Shown here: positions 7,768 through 15,593 of the stretch, piece after piece
How positions within the stretch are numbered: position 1 is the stretch's first letter
Layout of the letters: each line of letters begins with the position of its first letter
Source: Aldersonia kunmingensis
GTDB taxonomy: Bacteria; Actinomycetota; Actinomycetes; Mycobacteriales; Mycobacteriaceae
Assembly (NCBI RefSeq): GCF_001646865.1
Contig: NZ_LRRB01000112.1
Coordinates: forward strand, 17,909-41,908
Length of the DNA: 24,000 nt
Direction: 5' to 3'
The notes under the pieces: model-generated
What the model saw: only the letters and a program-made list of their open reading frames with translations
The model's database searches: none
Told to the model about the DNA's origin: nothing
Made by a program: the position numbers and the translations under genes

Positions 7768-8507
7768 CAGCCACCGCACATTCGCCTACCGAACTGATCG
7801 ACGGGGCCCTGTCCGAGGATCTTGCCGCGGCCGCGTTGGCGCTCGCACGACGCTTCTCCGCAGGCGCCACGTTATGGGCGGTGTCGCCGCAGTGGGAACC
7901 GCATGCTCACCACATCGCCGTGGAGTTCGTCCATCCGGTCATCATGGGCAAGCGAGCGCTTCCATCGGTTGCGCTCGTCGAGCCGGATCCGGTGGCGCAG
8001 TGCAGAGTTGCGACGAGACCGGGCGACGTCGTCATCGCCGTCGCCTCGGCTGACCAGCCACAGGTGCTCGACATCATGCGCCGTGCACCCGCGTGGGGTG
8101 CCGACACGATCTGGATCGGCTACGGCGAACGGCCGGATTCCGGCGCAGCCGACCACATCCTCTGGGTTTCGTCGGACGATCCGATGGTTCCTGCCACCGG
8201 GCGGTTCGTGCTGATGTACCACCTGCTGTGGGAACTGACTCACGTTTGCTTCGAGCATCCGGGATTGATGTCCGTCGATGAGCCCGAATGCGCCGATGAG
8301 GGCTGCATCACCTGCGGCGACCTGGGGACGCTTGCCGAAGTGGTTGTCCTGCCTGGTAATCCGAAGGAGCCGGCGCTCGTCCGCACCAGCGACGGTGAGG
8401 AGTACATCGACGTCATGCTCATCGAAAATGTCGCTGTGAACGATCTGGTGGTTGTACACGGCGGAGCGGCGATCACACGACTCGACGATCTGTTGGGAGA
8501 TGGGTGA
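7764..8507 (+). CDS. Fusion protein with a degenerate SIS/GmhA-like N-terminal domain and a HypC-like C-terminal domain
   Basis: The ATG at 7764 sits in an ATGA overlap with the hypF stop. The N-terminal half aligns by eye to GmhA (HHIAVEFVHPVIMGKRALPSVAL), but GNGGS is replaced by AVSPQWE. The C-terminal roughly 75 aa (CITCGDLGTLAEVVVL...ALVRTSDGEEYIDVMLIENVAVNDLVVVHGGAAI) parallels the two stand-alone HypC sequences in this window. Confidence 0.7.
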   Translation: MTATAHSPTELIDGALSEDLAAAALALARRFSAGATLWAVSPQWEPHAHHIAVEFVHPVIMGKRALPSVALVEPDPVAQCRVATRPGDVVIAVASADQPQVLDIMRRAPAWGADTIWIGYGERPDSGAADHILWVSSDDPMVPATGRFVLMYHLLWELTHVCFEHPGLMSVDEPECADEGCITCGDLGTLAEVVVLPGNPKEPALVRTSDGEEYIDVMLIENVAVNDLVVVHGGAAITRLDDLLGDG

Positions 8508-9190
8508 TGGCCGAGACCGAAAGTACTAACTTCCTGTACCCGTTCATCGACGCCGAGGAGAACGACGCGGCCTCGTTGCTCACAGATCTGGCGTCCTCGG
8601 CCCGCGGAAAGGCCGACGTGAGTCTGCGTCTGCAACAGGCGTCGATGCAGGAATGGGGGGAGGGCATAGCCGAAGCCGGTCGGCAGATGGCCGAGCGCTT
8701 CGCACGCGGCGGCCGCCTGTACACCTTGGGGAATGGCGGAAGCTCTACGGACGCAGCCACATTGGCGACCCTGTTCAGTCGGCCGGCACTCGGTCGTCCC
8801 GTGGCCGCCTGGTCGCTTGCGGCCGACACGTCGGTCGTGACCGCGCTCGGCAACGACGTGGGGTTCGACCTGATCTTCTCGCGTCAGATCATCGCGCACG
8901 CCAAGGAGCGCGACATCGCGGTGGCGTTGTCGACGTCGGGCAACTCCGACGATCTGTTGGTGGCGCTGGCCGAGGCGAGGAAGCGCGGCCTGCTGACCAT
9001 CGGTTTCGCCGGGCACGACGGCGGTCGCATGGCGACCTGCGACGACCTCGACTTCTGTTTCACGATCCGGTCGCAGAGCATTCACCGCATCCAGGAGACC
9101 CACGCCGTTGTCGGCTACCAACTCTGGTCCGCGATGCAGGACCGGATGGCCGAGCTCTCACGAAGTAGCGCGACGGGAGCGCACCGATGA
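8504..9190 (+). CDS. SIS-domain protein, GmhA-like (sedoheptulose-7-phosphate isomerase family)
   Basis: GmhA-type motifs are present: LGNGGSSTDAATLA, TALGNDVGFDLIFSRQ, STSGNS and IHRIQETHAVVGYQLW. The start is GTG at 8504 (GTGA overlap) or the adjacent ATG at 8507. The stop overlaps the hypE start (ATGA at 9187). Confidence 0.8.
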   Translation: MMAETESTNFLYPFIDAEENDAASLLTDLASSARGKADVSLRLQQASMQEWGEGIAEAGRQMAERFARGGRLYTLGNGGSSTDAATLATLFSRPALGRPVAAWSLAADTSVVTALGNDVGFDLIFSRQIIAHAKERDIAVALSTSGNSDDLLVALAEARKRGLLTIGFAGHDGGRMATCDDLDFCFTIRSQSIHRIQETHAVVGYQLWSAMQDRMAELSRSSATGAHR

Positions 9191-10293
9191 CGAATACCCG
9201 AACCGAACCGGCCACCGCGGTCGAACGCGAAGCTCGAATGCTCGAGCGGATCGACAAGTTCCGCAAACGTCGCCCACGGCTCCTCGACACCGTGGTGACA
9301 CTCGCCCACGGAGCGGGCGGGAAATCGTCTGCGGCCCTGGTCGACGCGGTGTTCCTCGAAGCGTTCCGCAACCCGGAGCTCGAACAACTGGGAGACGCCG
9401 CGGTGGTCACACTCTCCTCGGACGAGCGGATGGCCTTCTCGACGGACTCGTATGTTGTTCAGCCCCTGCGATTTCCGGGTGGATCAATCGGGAATCTCGC
9501 CGTCCACGGCACGGTCAACGACCTGGCCGTGGCCGGCGCGCGGCCGCGGTGGCTTTCGGCTGCGTTCGTCATCGAAGAAGGATTCGCCATCGCCGACCTG
9601 AAGCAGATCGTCGCGGACATGCGCGAGTCCGCGCTGGCCGCCGGCGTCAAGATCGTCACCGGTGACACCAAGGTCGTAGGGAGGGGTGCCGCCGACGGCG
9701 TGTACATATCGACTGCCGGAATGGGTTTGATCCCGCAGGGCCGCAAACTCGGCGCCGAACTGGTGAAGCCGGGCGACCGGGTCGTCGTCTCCGGAACCAT
9801 CGGTGAACACGGTATGGCGGTCATGCTCGCGCGAGGCGAACTCGCCATCGAGGCAGACATCGACTCCGACACGGCGCCGGTGAACGGACTCGTCGAGGCG
9901 ATGCTGGCCGCGGCGCCGTCCACCCGCTGGATGCGCGACGCCACCCGCGGCGGCGTCGGAACCGTCTGTAACGAGCTGGCCCAGATTGCAGGGCTGGCGG
10001 TCGTTCTCGATGAAGACAAGCTGCCCGTGCAGCCGCAGGTGCTCGGCGCCTGCGACATGCTGGGCATCGATCCGCTCTACGTCGCCAACGAGGGCAAATT
10101 CATCGCCATCGTCGCACCGGAGGAAGCCGACGCGGCGGTCGCTGCGCTGCGCGCGCATCCGTTGGGCGCCAACGCAACTGTGATCGGTGAGGTGATGGCG
10201 GAGCCGGAAGGCATCGTCGCGCTCCGCACCGCATTCGGCGGCAGCCGCATCGTCGACATGCTCGTCGGCGACCCGCTGCCCAGGATCTGCTGA
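9187..10293 (+). CDS. hypE: Hydrogenase maturation protein HypE (thiocarboxamide dehydratase)
   Basis: It encodes 368 aa with a PurM-like fold (TLAHGAGGKSS). It has the diagnostic C-terminus ...DPLPRIC (PRIC motif). Confidence 0.95.
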   Translation: MTNTRTEPATAVEREARMLERIDKFRKRRPRLLDTVVTLAHGAGGKSSAALVDAVFLEAFRNPELEQLGDAAVVTLSSDERMAFSTDSYVVQPLRFPGGSIGNLAVHGTVNDLAVAGARPRWLSAAFVIEEGFAIADLKQIVADMRESALAAGVKIVTGDTKVVGRGAADGVYISTAGMGLIPQGRKLGAELVKPGDRVVVSGTIGEHGMAVMLARGELAIEADIDSDTAPVNGLVEAMLAAAPSTRWMRDATRGGVGTVCNELAQIAGLAVVLDEDKLPVQPQVLGACDMLGIDPLYVANEGKFIAIVAPEEADAAVAALRAHPLGANATVIGEVMAEPEGIVALRTAFGGSRIVDMLVGDPLPRIC

Positions 10294-10310
10294 AGCGAGG
10301 AGGCAGTGAC

Positions 10311-10583
10311 ATGTGTTTGGGCATACCAGGACAAGTCGTGGACATCGTCGACGAGGAGCAGTACCTGGCCAAGGTCGCTGTCAACGGCGTGCGCCGCATC
10401 ATCAGTGTGCGGCTCCTCGCCGACGAGGGATTGGTCGTAGGTGATTGGGTGCTGGTCCATGTCGGGTTCGCCATGTCGAAGATCGATGAGGTCGAGGCGC
10501 AACTGACGCTCGAGCAGGTGGCGAAGATGGGCGCCGACTACGTCAACGAGATCGACGCCTTCAACTCGTCACAGATCGCTTAG
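10311..10583 (+). CDS. hypC: HypC/HybG/HupF-family hydrogenase maturation chaperone (copy 2)
   Basis: The N-terminus is MCLGIPGQVVDIV and the protein is 90 aa. A GAGGAGG Shine-Dalgarno at 10297-10303 lies 7 nt upstream of the start. Confidence 0.9.
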   Translation: MCLGIPGQVVDIVDEEQYLAKVAVNGVRRIISVRLLADEGLVVGDWVLVHVGFAMSKIDEVEAQLTLEQVAKMGADYVNEIDAFNSSQIA

Positions 10584-10594
10584 GAGGTGCCGGA

Positions 10595-11728
10595 ATGAAG
10601 TTCGTCGACGAATTCCGCGACCCGGCCGCGGCACGCGCCTTGGTCAAGTCGATCACCGAGCTCGCCGGAACCGACGAGTTCAAATTCATGGAGGTGTGCG
10701 GCGGTCACACGCACACCATCTACCGGCACGGCATTGAGCATCTGCTCCCACAGCACGTGGAGTTGGTGCACGGCCCGGGGTGCCCTGTGTGTGTCATTCC
10801 GATGGGGCGTGTCGACGATGCGATGTCGCTCGCCGAGCATCCCGCAGTCATCTTCACGACGTTCGGCGACATGATGCGCGTGCCAGGGTCACGCGGCAAC
10901 CTGATCGAGGCGAAGGCCAGAGGCGCAGACGTGCGGTTCGTCTACTCCCCGCTGGATGCCCTGAAGATCGCCGTCGACAACCCGTCGAAGGAGGTCGTCT
11001 TCTTCGCCGTCGGGTTCGAGACCACCGCACCCTCGACGGCCGTAACCCTGGTCCGTGCAAGGCAATTGGGCGTCAAGAACTTCACGGTCTTCTGCAACCA
11101 TGTCACGATCGTTCCGCCGATCAAAGCGATTCTCGACTCGCCCGATCTGCGGTTGTCGGGATTCCTCGGGCCGGGCCACGTATCGACCGTCGTGGGAACC
11201 CGCCCCTACCGGTTCGTGTCCGAGGTCTACGGCAAGCCGATGGTGGTCGCAGGGTTCGAACCGCTGGACATTCTCGCGTCGGTGCACATGCTGCTCCAGC
11301 AGATCCGGGACGGCCGCTGCGAGATCGAGAACCAGTACACCCGCGTGGTCAAGGCGGAGGGAAACACTCAGGCGCTGAAGCTGATGGCCGAAACCTTCGA
11401 ACTGCGACCACATTTCGAGTGGCGCGGGCTCGGATTCATTTCGCAGAGCGCGCTGAAGGTACATCGCGATTACGTCGACTTCGATGCCGAGGCTCGGTTC
11501 TCGATGCCGGGTGTACGGGTGGCGGATCCGAAGGCGTGTCAGTGTGGCGAGGTGCTCAAGGGCGTCATCAAGCCGTGGGAATGCAAGGTCTTCGGCACGG
11601 CCTGTACTCCCGAGACTCCGATCGGCACCTGCATGGTGTCACCCGAAGGCGCGTGCGCGGCGTACTACAACTTCGGACGGCTGCACCGCGAGACTTCCCT
11701 GCTGGTCGGCCGGCGCTCGGAGCTGTGA
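10595..11728 (+). CDS. hypD: Hydrogenase maturation protein HypD
   Basis: It encodes 377 aa with the CGGHTH and GPGCPVCV motifs. A C-terminal Cys cluster is present (CQCGEVLKG...CKVFGTAC...CMVSPEGAC). The upstream stop is embedded in a TAGGAGG Shine-Dalgarno. Confidence 0.95.
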   Translation: MKFVDEFRDPAAARALVKSITELAGTDEFKFMEVCGGHTHTIYRHGIEHLLPQHVELVHGPGCPVCVIPMGRVDDAMSLAEHPAVIFTTFGDMMRVPGSRGNLIEAKARGADVRFVYSPLDALKIAVDNPSKEVVFFAVGFETTAPSTAVTLVRARQLGVKNFTVFCNHVTIVPPIKAILDSPDLRLSGFLGPGHVSTVVGTRPYRFVSEVYGKPMVVAGFEPLDILASVHMLLQQIRDGRCEIENQYTRVVKAEGNTQALKLMAETFELRPHFEWRGLGFISQSALKVHRDYVDFDAEARFSMPGVRVADPKACQCGEVLKGVIKPWECKVFGTACTPETPIGTCMVSPEGACAAYYNFGRLHRETSLLVGRRSEL

Positions 11729-12463
11729 GTGGCGGCGCCGCCGGGGCACCGACTGTTCGCTCGGTACGTGCACACGCCGAACTCGCTCGGCTACTGCGGT
11801 CCCGCCGACGCCGCTGCCCTGGAAGCGGTCGCGTGCGGACATGATGCCGACGGCGGCATCGAAGGGCTGGCGCGGAAGTTCACCGGGGCGTGGCCGTATC
11901 AGCAGTTGATCGCCGAACTGTCGGGGGTCGCGGACCCCCTCGACGAGCGTGTCGGTCGTGCGTACTGGACAGGCAACGAGCTGACCGAGCAGATCGACGG
12001 TGTCGAGTTCGGTCGTCTGTTGCTTGCGCGGTTCGCGCCGCAGGCGGCGCACTACTGGAAATACCTGACCGACGGGTTGCTCGACGAAGCCGCACCGACC
12101 CACATCTTTCACGTCCTGGGGATCTATCCCTGGACGCGCTTGCTGAACTCCAGCACACCGGAAGCGGTTCATGTGCTCGATTCGTGCCGAATCGCACCGG
12201 CCACGGTCGTGGGGGTCGGACCCGACGAGGTCGTCGTTCGTGAGCAGCGACTCGAGTTCGACGGACGCCTGTCAATTGGGGCCGAACAGGACCGTTCCGT
12301 GCGTTATCGCGTGCCGGAAGGCAAATTCGTGGGCGAACTGGACCGCGGCGACCTCGTCGCCATCCATTGGGATTTTGTCTGCGACAGGCTGTCGGCCGAG
12401 CAAGGGGAGCGGCTGACCTACTGGACACGATGGCAGTGCGAGCGCACGAATCGCCGGTTGTGA
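11729..12463 (+). CDS. Conserved hydrogenase-cluster protein of unknown function (DUF6390-like, label from memory)
   Basis: The GTG at 11729 directly abuts the hypD stop (TGA at 11726-11728). It encodes 244 aa (ARYVHTPNSLGYCGPADAAALEAV...). It is the last gene before the operon-to-fadD gap. Confidence 0.62.
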   Translation: MAAPPGHRLFARYVHTPNSLGYCGPADAAALEAVACGHDADGGIEGLARKFTGAWPYQQLIAELSGVADPLDERVGRAYWTGNELTEQIDGVEFGRLLLARFAPQAAHYWKYLTDGLLDEAAPTHIFHVLGIYPWTRLLNSSTPEAVHVLDSCRIAPATVVGVGPDEVVVREQRLEFDGRLSIGAEQDRSVRYRVPEGKFVGELDRGDLVAIHWDFVCDRLSAEQGERLTYWTRWQCERTNRRL

Positions 12464-12527
12464 CGTCTGGACAGAAGCTGACGTCTCCGAGGGGACCTGG
12501 CAGCCGACCATGGAAACGCCGATACCC

Positions 12528-12545
12528 ACTAGAACGTGTACTAGT
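12528..12545. promoter_or_regulatory. AT-rich imperfect palindrome ACTAGAACGTGTACTAGT, a KstR-like (TetR-family) operator candidate upstream of the acyl-CoA synthetase
   Basis: The core TAGAACGTGTACTA (12530-12543) matches the KstR consensus TnnAACnnGTTnnA at all fixed positions but one. It lies about 85 bp upstream of the GTG at 12629. It overlaps a TAnnnT -10-like hexamer (TAGTTT, 12542-12547). Confidence 0.4.
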
Positions 12546-12628
12546 TTTGGCGGGTACGGTCGACGCGACCGAGCGGTTTGTCGTGTCGTTGGACACACCC
12601 GCACAATACGACCCGCAGGGAGTTTCTC

Positions 12629-14239
12629 GTGGCAGACGCCGACCTCCGCCGACCCGTGCACTCCGGCCACCTGACGGTGGGTGCGCTTGCGCGCAACAAG
12701 GACAAGCCGGTTTTGTTTCTCGGCGACACCACGCTGACCGGCGGCGAGCTCGCCGAGCGCATCAGCCAGTACATCCAGGCCCTGGAGGCAGTGGGCGCAG
12801 GTACCGGTTCCGCCGTGGGACTGCTCTCGTTGAACCGTCCCGAGGTGCTCATGCTCATCGGCGCCGGCCAGACTCAGGGCTATCGCCGTACCGCCCTGCA
12901 CCCGATGGGTTCGCTGGACGATCATGCCTATGTCTTGGCCGATGGCGGCATCACCACGTTGATCATCGACCCCACCCCGGCGTTCATCGAGCGGGCGCTG
13001 GGGCTGATCGAAAAGGTGAGCAGCCTGCAGCAGATCCTCACCCTCGGTCCGGTGCCCGATGCATTGGTAGGCAAGGGCGCTTCGGTCGTCGACCTGGTTG
13101 CCGAGGCCGCCAAATACGATCCGAAGCCGCTGGTGGCTGCCGACTTGGCGCCCGATCACATCGGTGGGCTGACCTACACGGGCGGGACGACCGGTAAGCC
13201 GAAGGGCGTCATCGGCACCGTTCAGTCGATCACCACGATGACGACGATCCAGCTCGCCGAGTGGGAATGGCCCGAACATCCGAAGTTCCTGATGTGCACC
13301 CCGCTGTCGCATGCGGGTGCGGCGTTCTTCGTGCCCACCATCATCAAGGGCGGCGAGCTGGTCGTGCTGAAGACCTTCGACCCCGCCGAGGTGCTCCGGG
13401 TGATCGAGGAGCAGAAGATCACGGCCACGATGCTGGTCCCGTCGATGATCTACGCGCTGATGGACCACCCGGATTCGCACACGCGCGACCTGTCGTCACT
13501 GGAGACCGTCTACTACGGCGCCTCGGCCATCAACCCGGTCCGGCTCGAGGAAGCGATCAACCGGTTCGGCCCGATCTTCGCGCAGTATTTCGGCCAGTCC
13601 GAGGCCCCGATGGTCATCACCTACCTCGCCAAGGGCGATCACGACAAGAAGCGGCTGACCTCGTGCGGCCGGCCGACGCTGCTCGCTCGGGTGGCGCTGC
13701 TCGGTGAAGACGGCAAGCCGGTGCCGCAGGGCGAGGTCGGCGAGATCTGCGTATCCGGGCCGCTCCTGTCGGGCGGGTACTGGAACCTTCCGGACGCGAC
13801 CGCCGAGACCTTCAAGGACGGCTGGATGCACACCGGCGATCTCGCCCGCGAGGACGAGGACGGGTTCTATTTCATCGTCGACCGCACCAAGGACATGATC
13901 GTCACCGGCGGTTTCAACGTATTCCCCCGCGAGGTGGAGGACGTCATTGCCGAGCATCCGGCGATCGCGCAGGTATGCGTGGTCGGCACACCCGACGAGA
14001 AGTGGGGTGAGGCGGTCACCGCAGTGGTTGTGTTGCGTCCCGGCGTCGACAGCTCCGAGGAATCGGTCGCCACGATCACGGCCGAAATCAAGGCTGCGGT
14101 GAAGGAGCGTAAGGGTTCGGTGCAGTCGCCCAAGCAGGTCATCGTTTCCGAGTCGGTGCCGGTAACCGCGCTCGGCAAGCCGGACAAGAAGGCGGTGCGT
14201 GCCCAGTTCTGGGCTGACAGCGCACGTTCTATCGGCTGA
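12629..14239 (+). CDS. Acyl-CoA synthetase / AMP-dependent ligase (FadD-like)
   Basis: The AMP-binding signature is TYTGGTTGKPKGV. Later adenylate-forming motifs are also present (WMHTGDLAREDEDGFYFIVDRTKDMI, GKPDKK). AGGGAG at 12617-12622 lies 6 nt upstream of the GTG at 12629. The ORF-track TTG at 12578 is less likely. Confidence 0.85.
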   Translation: MADADLRRPVHSGHLTVGALARNKDKPVLFLGDTTLTGGELAERISQYIQALEAVGAGTGSAVGLLSLNRPEVLMLIGAGQTQGYRRTALHPMGSLDDHAYVLADGGITTLIIDPTPAFIERALGLIEKVSSLQQILTLGPVPDALVGKGASVVDLVAEAAKYDPKPLVAADLAPDHIGGLTYTGGTTGKPKGVIGTVQSITTMTTIQLAEWEWPEHPKFLMCTPLSHAGAAFFVPTIIKGGELVVLKTFDPAEVLRVIEEQKITATMLVPSMIYALMDHPDSHTRDLSSLETVYYGASAINPVRLEEAINRFGPIFAQYFGQSEAPMVITYLAKGDHDKKRLTSCGRPTLLARVALLGEDGKPVPQGEVGEICVSGPLLSGGYWNLPDATAETFKDGWMHTGDLAREDEDGFYFIVDRTKDMIVTGGFNVFPREVEDVIAEHPAIAQVCVVGTPDEKWGEAVTAVVVLRPGVDSSEESVATITAEIKAAVKERKGSVQSPKQVIVSESVPVTALGKPDKKAVRAQFWADSARSIG

Positions 14240-14261
14240 GGCAGCACGCAGTAAGACCATG

Positions 14262-14332
14262 AAACGCAGCGCCCACTTTTCAACATCACGCGCGGGATTC
14301 CGTGCGTATGTGCGAAAAGTGGGCGCTGGCGT
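14262..14332. terminator. Long imperfect hairpin between convergent genes; candidate bidirectional terminator or mRNA-stabilising stem-loop
   Basis: A perfect 15-bp outer stem pairs cagcgcccacttttc (14266-14280) with gaaaagtgggcgctg (14313-14327). It is extendable by 4 bp with one bulge. An inner 8-bp stem (14287-14294 with 14299-14306, loop gatt) follows. There is no clean U-tract on either side. Confidence 0.45.
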
Positions 14333-14368
14333 TCAGGAGGGCCTCGGTCAGGACACCCTGGCCCGCCT

Positions 14369-15355
14369 TTAGGCCGGCTCCCGCATCACGCCGGCATGGC
14401 GAACCTTCCCGGAGACGCCTGGAAGCTCTTGCCGCGGCGACCAGGTCTGCATCCCGTCGGTGCTATCGGAATAGAAGTACTTTCCTTCGACGTAGGCGTC
14501 GAAATACATCCGCCAGGCGCCGTTCGGCAACTGGACCACGGCGGGGCCCTCCACCAACGTGCCCCAATTTCCCGGGGGGACGAATGAGTAGGGTCCCGTC
14601 GCCGACGGCGCGACCGCATGCTCGATGATCTTCCTCGTCTCGTTCTTGGTGAACGCGTGATAAGTCGATCCCACCTTCACGACGGTGGTGTCGATGTGGT
14701 CCGCTCCGATCCCGCCGAGCGGAACGGGCAGGCTCCAGATTCTGAGTCCGGGGTCCAGCGCCGTCATCAGGTACGGAACGAATCCTCCACCGGTCGACAT
14801 CGACAGGATGACGTTGACGCGGTCGCCGTCCACGAACCATTCGGGCGCCCAGGCTTTCGTGGTGAATGGCGACAGCGACGGTCCATCGCTGGACCCGGCC
14901 GAACCCGAGGAACCGGGTGGGCTCGCAGAACCCGTGCCGTCGCCCGTGCCTGGCAGGAAGGCGCAGCAAAGCGGGACTGGCCAGTTACCGAGGAACGTCC
15001 AGTTGATCCGGTCATTGCTGCGCGCGAAGCCGATATTCGCCCCGTCGACCGTGGTGTAGGTGAGGTAGTACAACCCGTCCGTGTGCCGGAAGATACTTGG
15101 GTCACGCACCAGCCCTGACGGAGGCCGATACGCCGACAGTCGGGCCGGTTGGAACTGCGTGGCGTCCCACGACTCGTACACATCCAGGTCGCGGTCGCTG
15201 ATATTGCTGAATGCCACCATCGTGTACCGCCAGGCGGGCGGTGCGGCGCCGCTGCTCCCCGGTGCGGCGACCAGCAGTCCCGCGACAGCGAGCAGCACCA
15301 TCGATATGACAGGAAACCAGGATCGCTTGGTCGGCGTCACCGGTGCAGTATCCAT
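14369..15355 (-). CDS. Secreted five-bladed beta-propeller glycoside hydrolase-like protein (GH43-like)
   Basis: The likely start is the ATG at 15355 (MDTAPVTPTKRSWFPVISMVLLAVAGLLVAAPGSSGA, a signal peptide) rather than the ORF-track start at 15529. The blade motifs VRDPSIFRHTDGLYYLTYT, KAWAPEWF and LVEGPAVVQLPNGAWRMYFD resemble the GH43 catalytic Asp/Asp/Glu contexts. Confidence 0.6.
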   Translation of the reverse strand: MDTAPVTPTKRSWFPVISMVLLAVAGLLVAAPGSSGAAPPAWRYTMVAFSNISDRDLDVYESWDATQFQPARLSAYRPPSGLVRDPSIFRHTDGLYYLTYTTVDGANIGFARSNDRINWTFLGNWPVPLCCAFLPGTGDGTGSASPPGSSGSAGSSDGPSLSPFTTKAWAPEWFVDGDRVNVILSMSTGGGFVPYLMTALDPGLRIWSLPVPLGGIGADHIDTTVVKVGSTYHAFTKNETRKIIEHAVAPSATGPYSFVPPGNWGTLVEGPAVVQLPNGAWRMYFDAYVEGKYFYSDSTDGMQTWSPRQELPGVSGKVRHAGVMREPA

Positions 15356-15593
15356 GAAAACAGGCGCACCATGCGTAAGTTTGGCCGCATGTGCATCGGA
15401 TCGGTTACCGGCGCCTTCGGTGACGCCGTCCAGGACAGGTGTTGGTGAAACTCGTTGTGGCGCAATGTTTGTACCTGATACATAACCGGACCCCAGCAAG
15501 AGTTCGATCGCAACAGACGTGATCTGCACCGATCGGCGCGTCCGCCCGACGTATATTTGGGAGGATCTGGATCCTCGATCCGAGGTGATCGCA

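Noticed and set aside
12457-12490. A duplicated TGACGTCT motif at the end of the hyp operon, considered as a CRP-type site.
   Set aside because: It does not fit TGTGA-N6-TCACA. GACGTC is a short palindrome that recurs by chance in GC-rich DNA.
15356-15529. The longer start (15529) for the GH43-like gene, and the 15519 start for the DUF6197-like gene, which would overlap each other head-to-head.
   Set aside because: Internal starts at 15355 and 15594 give a canonical signal peptide and a Shine-Dalgarno-preceded ATG respectively. They leave a normal divergent promoter region.
15561-15590. A cluster of GATC/GGATC motifs (ggatctggatcctcgatccgaggtgatc) upstream of the DUF6197-like gene, considered as a methylation-sensitive or operator element.
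   Set aside because: Only 5-bp stems with a 3-nt loop are possible. There is no evidence for Dam-type methylation in this lineage, and the stretch overlaps the Shine-Dalgarno region. I noted it but cannot support it.
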